In this document: piece by piece, positions 58,908 through 64,000 of the stretch
Numbering within the stretch: the stretch's first letter is position 1
How the letters are laid out: each line of letters opens with the position of its first letter
Assembly (NCBI GenBank): GCA_036229005.1
Contig: JAZAMN010000059.1
Span: 1-64,000 of the forward strand
DNA from: Myxococcota bacterium
GTDB lineage: Bacteria > Myxococcota_A > UBA796 > CAJQPC01
DNA length: 64,000 nucleotides
Direction: 5' to 3'
Notes under the pieces: model-generated
Databases searched by the model: none
Seen by the model: the letters and a program-made list of their open reading frames with translations, nothing else
Told to the model about the DNA's origin: nothing
Position numbers and translations under genes: made by a program

Positions 58908-58916
58908 GTCAGAGGC

Positions 58917-59609
58917 TCAGCGGGCCAGCTCCAGGAAGCGCCCGAACACCGCCTCACCCACGCCCGCCATCTGCGCGCTGCGGGCAAGCTCGGCCTCCAC
59001 ATCCAGCCCCAGCTCCGGGTGCTTGTTCGCCCGGAACTGCAGGATGGAGCGGGCCTCCTCCACGCTCATCTCGGCGTGGAACTGAATGCCCCAGGCCCGG
59101 TGTCCACGCACCCGCACCGCCTGGGTCGCGCACAGCGCGCTGGTCGCCAGCACGTCCAGGTGCTCGCCGGGGCCATCCACCTGGTCCTCGTGGGACAGGA
59201 AGCACACAAAGCGCTCCGGCAGCCGGTCCAGCAGGGGGTCGGCCACGGTTTGGGTGATGGGCAGGAAGCCGGCCTCGGGGGGGACGGCCTTGCCCACCCC
59301 ATCGCCGAAGGCCGCGCCCAGCACCTGGTGCCCAAAGCAAACCCCCAGCGTGGGGACGCCCTCCAGCACCACCTGCCGCGTCCAGGCCACGAGCTCGTCC
59401 ATCCAGCCATCCCGGGTGCCCTCGCCCCCGTAGCCGTCCGGCATGTTCGCCCCGCTGCCCGTCAGGATCACCGCGTCGAACTCCCGGTGCTCCGGCAGCG
59501 GCTCCCGCGTCGGGCGCGTGCTGGTCCAGGGCGTGTCTCCCAGGTAGCGCGCGAAGTTGTGCGTGCCGCCGGCGGGGTCCAGGTAGTTGTCGACGATCAG
59601 CACCCGCAT
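58917..59609 (-). CDS. Type 1 glutamine amidotransferase-like protein
   Basis: LTGSG, LGVCFGHQ, QFHAE; start overlaps the hisS stop. Confidence 0.9.
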   Translation of the reverse strand: MRVLIVDNYLDPAGGTHNFARYLGDTPWTSTRPTREPLPEHREFDAVILTGSGANMPDGYGGEGTRDGWMDELVAWTRQVVLEGVPTLGVCFGHQVLGAAFGDGVGKAVPPEAGFLPITQTVADPLLDRLPERFVCFLSHEDQVDGPGEHLDVLATSALCATQAVRVRGHRAWGIQFHAEMSVEEARSILQFRANKHPELGLDVEAELARSAQMAGVGEAVFGRFLELAR

Positions 59610-60913
59610 CAGAGCCCCAGCACCTTCTCGGAGGCCTGCTGCAGCGACAGCGTCCACTGCTCGCCCGAGGCCATGTGCTTGAGGGTCACCACCCCCTGCT
59701 CGCGCTCGTCCGGCCCGCAGGTCAGCACGTAGGGGATGCCCATCTTGTCGGCGTACTTGAACTGCTTGCCCAGCTTGCCGCCGCGCTTCATCCACAGCTC
59801 GGTGTTCACCCCGGCCAGGCGCAGCGCGGTGGCCTGCTCCATCGCGAGCCCGCGGCTGTCATCGCTGAACACGCTCACCAGCACCTGGGTCGCCGTGGGC
59901 GGCAGCTCGCCGAACATGCCCAGCTCCTCCATCACGACCAGGATGCGCTCCAGGCCCAGGGAGATGCCCACCGCGGGGATGGAGCTCTTGCCGAAGATGC
60001 CGATCAGCCCGTCGTAGCGACCGCCGCCGGAGATCGACCCGATCGCGGGCTCCTCGACCACGGCCTCGAACACCGGCCCCGTGTAGTAGCTCAGGCCCCG
60101 CGCCAGGGTGGGGTCGAAGCGGATGTTGCCATCGGGCACGCCCAGCTTGGCCGCGAGATCCAGGACCTCCTGCAGCTCGTCCAGGGAAGGGAGGGCGGCG
60201 GGGAGCTTCTCGCGCAGCGCGGCCAACCCCTCGGACCCGCCGGTCTCCAGCAACTCCCAGACGCGCGCGACCGCATCCGAGGACAAACCGGCGCGCTCCA
60301 GCTCGGCGCTCACGGCGTCCTGGCCGATCTTGTCCAGCTTGTCGATGGCCACCAGCACGGGGGTCTCGCGGTCCGCGGCGCCGATGTCCTCGACGATGGC
60401 CCGGAGCAGCGCGCGGTGGTTGAGCTTGATGGTGAAGTTGGTGAACCCCAGCGCCCGGAGCGCCGAATCCACCACTGCCAGCGCCTCCGCGTCAGCCCAC
60501 ATCTCCTCGCAGCCGACGATGTCCACGTCGCACTGGGTGAACTCGCGGAAGCGCCCCTTCTGCGGCCGGTCGGCCCGCCACACGGGCTGGATCTGGTAGC
60601 GCTTGAAGGGCAGGGGCAGCCCGGGGTTCATGGCCACCACGCGCGCCAGGGGCACCGTCAGGTCGTAGCGCAGGGCCAGGTCGACTTCTCCGCGCTGCCC
60701 GCCCTCGCCGCGCTTGAGGATCTTGTAGATGAGCTGGTCGCCCTCGTCGCCGTACTTGCCCATCAGCGTCTCGATGCGCTCGATGGCCGGCGTCTCCAGG
60801 GGCTGGAAGCCGAAGCGGGCGAACACCTCACGCACGGTGTCGATCACAGCCAGACGCCGCAGCATCGACTCGGGGAGCAGGTCGCGCGTTCCCTTTGCGC
60901 GGTTGACAGCCAT
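59609..60913 (-). CDS. hisS: Histidine--tRNA ligase
   Basis: [43 protein letters not shown], anticodon-binding domain KQFKYAD. Confidence 0.96.
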   Translation of the reverse strand: MAVNRAKGTRDLLPESMLRRLAVIDTVREVFARFGFQPLETPAIERIETLMGKYGDEGDQLIYKILKRGEGGQRGEVDLALRYDLTVPLARVVAMNPGLPLPFKRYQIQPVWRADRPQKGRFREFTQCDVDIVGCEEMWADAEALAVVDSALRALGFTNFTIKLNHRALLRAIVEDIGAADRETPVLVAIDKLDKIGQDAVSAELERAGLSSDAVARVWELLETGGSEGLAALREKLPAALPSLDELQEVLDLAAKLGVPDGNIRFDPTLARGLSYYTGPVFEAVVEEPAIGSISGGGRYDGLIGIFGKSSIPAVGISLGLERILVVMEELGMFGELPPTATQVLVSVFSDDSRGLAMEQATALRLAGVNTELWMKRGGKLGKQFKYADKMGIPYVLTCGPDEREQGVVTLKHMASGEQWTLSLQQASEKVLGL

Positions 60914-61059
60914 GGGGACCTCCATCGGGGCGGTGGGGGCATCTAATCGCCAGCGCCGCCACGTCCAGACAGCGGTGGGCCCAAGACCTGGGGATCCCCC
61001 GAATTCTGCCCCACAGCCCTCCGTAAACCGGCTACAGGCCTCCTGAGGGAACGCCCCGC

Positions 61060-61980
61060 ATGGCACTGCTGGACCAACTCCTCGACCTCTCGGACACCCG
61101 CAGCCTCGCGGAGTGGCTCGACCTGCCCGAGCGCTACGCCGCGGTGGACGGGCTGGCCGCGTTCGGACGCAAGGCGCGCTGGGCCCAGGCCTCGCTGAAC
61201 AACCCCCGCCACGAGCGCCAGGCCCGCTTCGTGCTCCGCAACAAGGCCGCCCTGCGCGAGCTGGTGGAGCGCCACGCCGGCAGCACTTCGGCCCTCGCGC
61301 CGCCGCCACCCCAGGCCCTGCCCGCCCTCCAGACCGAAGAGTCCATCAAGGCCTACTGGGAGGGCCTCAAGCTGGCCGGCGACCTGGGGACCGAAGAACG
61401 CTGGCACAAGCTCACCAACCACGCGCGGGAGCTGGGCGTGGACGAGCAGCGCCTCCAGGGGCTGATGGGTGACCCCCAGGCGATCCGGGACCTGGCCGAC
61501 GCGATCTCCGAGGTCCGCGGCGATCCCCGCGTCGCCCCCCACGCCCTGGAGCACGCCCTGGCGCAGGCCCAGGACGCCCGCGACGCCCTCCAGCGCCTCC
61601 GCGCCCTGCAGAACCCGCCCAAGCCCGACCAGGCCCATCGCCGGGACCTGCTGGACGGCCTCCGCGGGCTGCTCCTGCAGGACGCCCTCACCCACTCCAC
61701 CAAGGACGCGCTGATCCGCACGGCCACCCGCCGCGGCCTGTCCCCGGTGCGCGCGCGGGGCCTGATCCAGCGCACGGTGAACGCTTGGTACAGCTTCCGC
61801 ACCGGGCAGAGCAACCCCTACCGCAGCCTGGGCGTAGCGAGCACCGCGGACCGCGAGCGGGTGCGCAGCGCCTACCGCCGCATCCGGCAGGGGCTGGTGA
61901 TCCAGGAGCTCTCCTGGGAGCGGATGGAGGACATCGCCCGGGCGGACGCAGCCTGGGCCGTGGTGAACCGCCGCGCGTGA
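61060..61980 (+). CDS. Helical protein with C-terminal J-domain-like region lacking HPD
   Basis: [23 protein letters not shown]; no HPD. Confidence 0.65.
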   Translation: MALLDQLLDLSDTRSLAEWLDLPERYAAVDGLAAFGRKARWAQASLNNPRHERQARFVLRNKAALRELVERHAGSTSALAPPPPQALPALQTEESIKAYWEGLKLAGDLGTEERWHKLTNHARELGVDEQRLQGLMGDPQAIRDLADAISEVRGDPRVAPHALEHALAQAQDARDALQRLRALQNPPKPDQAHRRDLLDGLRGLLLQDALTHSTKDALIRTATRRGLSPVRARGLIQRTVNAWYSFRTGQSNPYRSLGVASTADRERVRSAYRRIRQGLVIQELSWERMEDIARADAAWAVVNRRA

Positions 61981-62059
61981 CCTCGCTGGCGCAGGGTTTA
62001 CAGACCCCTGGCGTAGATCCAACGGAACAGGCGGTATACCCGGGCTGGAGGACGCACCA

Positions 62060-63367
62060 ATGACCCGCTCCCTTCTCCCCTTCGCGCTGCTGCTGAGCCT
62101 GGCTGCCTGCACCAAGGACGACCCCGCGACCGACAGCGCGCTGCAAGACGAGCTCTGTGACGACGGCGTGGACAACGACGGTGACGGGGACATCGACTGC
62201 GATGACGCCGACTGCACCGAGGCCTGCATCCCCGAGACCGAGACCGAGTGTGGGGATGGAGAGGACGATGACCAGGACGGAGCGGTGGACTGCGCCGACT
62301 CGGACTGCGTGGGGGACGACGCCTGCGTAGAGGACTGCGGTGACGGCGAGGACAACGATCTGGACGGGCTGACCGACTGCGCGGACGCGGACTGCGAGGG
62401 CGTGGAGCCCTGCATCGAGGACTGCGCGGACGGCGTGGACAACGACCTGGACGGGCTGACCGACTGCGCCGATACCGCGGACTGTGAGGCCCTCTGCGAC
62501 GAGGCGGCCTACTGCGAGGACGGCGTCGACAACGACCAGGACGGCCTGACCGACTGCGCGGACGTGGACTGCACCGACCAGTGCGCGGAGACCTGCGACG
62601 ACGGCGTGGACAACGACGGCGACGGCTTCGTGGACTGTCTGGACAACGAATGCTCCGCGCTGGCGGTGTGCGACGAGGTCTGCGACGACGGCAAGGACAA
62701 CGACCAGGACGGCCGCACGGACTGCGAGGACGCCGACTGCGTCGACCAGTGCGCCGAAGACTGCGCCGACGGCATCGACAACGACTACGACAGCTACACC
62801 GACTGTGCAGACGACGAGTGCTGGGGGCAGGACGCCTGCGCCCAGGTCACCCTGGCGGTCACCGGCGGCAGCATGAACGCGGAGACCGGTTGGTTCTCCA
62901 GCTTCTTCTGGACTGCCAGCTCCTACGGGTTCGCCTACGGGAGCTTTGAGCGGCTCAGCGCATCCGGGATCACGGGGGTCGCGAACATCGACTGGGGCAG
63001 CACCAGCGCGGACTGCGGCTGGAGCGTGGATCAGGCCGTGTTCTCCGGCACCGCCAGCTACTACACCGGCGGCGGGGGAGGGATGGCCCTGGTGTCACGC
63101 ACCGGCTTCACGGCGGACTGTGGCCTGGGCTCCGGCGCCTTGCCCACCCTGCTGGAGTTCGGGCGGAACGGCAACGCCTATGTGCTCAGCAGCTCCAGGG
63201 CGACCACCGGGCCGCTGTGGTACGGCGGCGGCAGCGTCACCGCGACCCGTGGCGGGACCTCCTACAGCCACTACAGCTATGGCTCCTCGATGTACAAGTG
63301 GAGCAGCTACACGCGCTACGCGCACACCGGCCTGGAAGGCAGCGAGTGGACGACCGAGGGGCTGTAG
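62060..63367 (+). CDS. Lipoprotein with tandem E.C.DG.DND.DG..DC.D.DC repeats
   Basis: LAAC lipobox, GGAGG RBS, about 8 Asp/Cys repeats, Ser/Gly/Tyr-rich C-terminal domain. Confidence 0.85.
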   Translation: MTRSLLPFALLLSLAACTKDDPATDSALQDELCDDGVDNDGDGDIDCDDADCTEACIPETETECGDGEDDDQDGAVDCADSDCVGDDACVEDCGDGEDNDLDGLTDCADADCEGVEPCIEDCADGVDNDLDGLTDCADTADCEALCDEAAYCEDGVDNDQDGLTDCADVDCTDQCAETCDDGVDNDGDGFVDCLDNECSALAVCDEVCDDGKDNDQDGRTDCEDADCVDQCAEDCADGIDNDYDSYTDCADDECWGQDACAQVTLAVTGGSMNAETGWFSSFFWTASSYGFAYGSFERLSASGITGVANIDWGSTSADCGWSVDQAVFSGTASYYTGGGGGMALVSRTGFTADCGLGSGALPTLLEFGRNGNAYVLSSSRATTGPLWYGGGSVTATRGGTSYSHYSYGSSMYKWSSYTRYAHTGLEGSEWTTEGL

Positions 63368-63464
63368 TCCAGCCCGGCCCCTGGTGAAGACCAACGACAC
63401 CGCCCGCGCAGAGCGCGGCCGCCGGATGTCTATGCTCCGCCCGGCGGAGCGCTTCGAGCACATG

Positions 63465-63729
63465 GCGCGCAAGTGGCTCTGAACGCAACAAGCCAGCGCG
63501 CAAGTGGCTCTGAACGCAACAAGCCAGCGCGCAAGTGCCTCTGAGCGCAACAAGCAGGCCCCGCTTGGCGAGGGACTCCCCGCCAAATGGCTGAAATCAC
63601 GTAGCGTCCCCCAGCGGCGTCCCGCCGGTCCGGTCGATTTGTTGCATTCAGCCGGACTTGCGCAGGTGGCTGTTGCGTTCAGCCGGACTTGCGCAGGTGG
63701 CTGTTGCGTTCACCCCCACTTGCGCAGGT
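63465..63729. repeat. Inverted pair of 3x31-bp tandem arrays
   Basis: gcgcgcaagtggctctgaacgcaacaagcca x3 (63465-63557); tgttgcgttcagccggacttgcgcaggtggc x3 (63640-63729). Confidence 0.9.
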
Positions 63730-63748
63730 CAACCAACGCATCCAGCCC

Positions 63749-64000
63749 TCAGAGCCGCCCCTGCAAGGCCATCAGCTCCACCAGCGCCTTGCGGTAGTCC
63801 ACCGCGGCGCGGACCCGCTCGACCTCGGCGGCGTCTCGGGCGCGCTGGGCCTCGAGCACGTCCTTCTGGATGGCCTTGCCGACCTCCTGCAGGGCCTTCT
63901 CGGCGTCCAGGGTCTGCTCAGCCAGGCGCAGGTTGAGCTCGGCCAGCTCGACGGTGGTGCGAGCGCTCTCCAGGGTGCGCACCAGAGACGCGACCTGCTG
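63749..64000 (-). CDS. TolC-family outer membrane efflux protein, C-terminal part
   Basis: AE.NL.LAE..L..E......G......VL.AQ.......A..DY..A...L....G.L pattern; 5' end outside window. Confidence 0.8.
   Translation of the reverse strand, partial: QQVASLVRTLESARTTVELAELNLRLAEQTLDAEKALQEVGKAIQKDVLEAQRARDAAEVERVRAAVDYRKALVELMALQGRL

Noticed and set aside
63465..63729. Possible CRISPR array
   Set aside because: Repeats are contiguous with no unique spacers, the two arms are inverted, and no cas genes are present

Overview
A very GC-rich, gene-dense bacterial chromosomal segment. It is most likely Myxococcota-like, judging by a MYXO-CTERM-type protein, many Asp/Cys-repeat lipoproteins and sigma54-type promoters. 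It holds about 45 CDS and one tRNA-Arg(UCU). I see no integrase, transposase or CRISPR array. Main highlights: (1) a 3454-aa self-contained type I PKS/FAS-like megasynthase (NMO/ER-like, KS, AT, ACP, KS, 4xACP, KR, DH, PPTase) in which all five ACPs have Thr instead of the phosphopantetheinylated Ser, behind a consensus sigma54 promoter; (2) an unannotated ~170-nt structured small RNA (38653->38484, minus strand) with its own sigma70 promoter, terminator, GNRA/UUCG tetraloops and a C11 loop; (3) a TlpA-like selenoprotein (UxxC plus bacterial SECIS) that the ORF track truncates, heading a rhodanese/pentaheme cytochrome run divergent from msrA; (4) a HisZ/HisRS paralog abutting an enlarged histidine ammonia-lyase; (5) a sigma54-driven GH19-like/PG-binding/CHAP hydrolase; (6) an inverted 3+3 array of 31-bp repeats around an IHF-like site. 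All domain calls come from motif recognition by eye, not from database searches.
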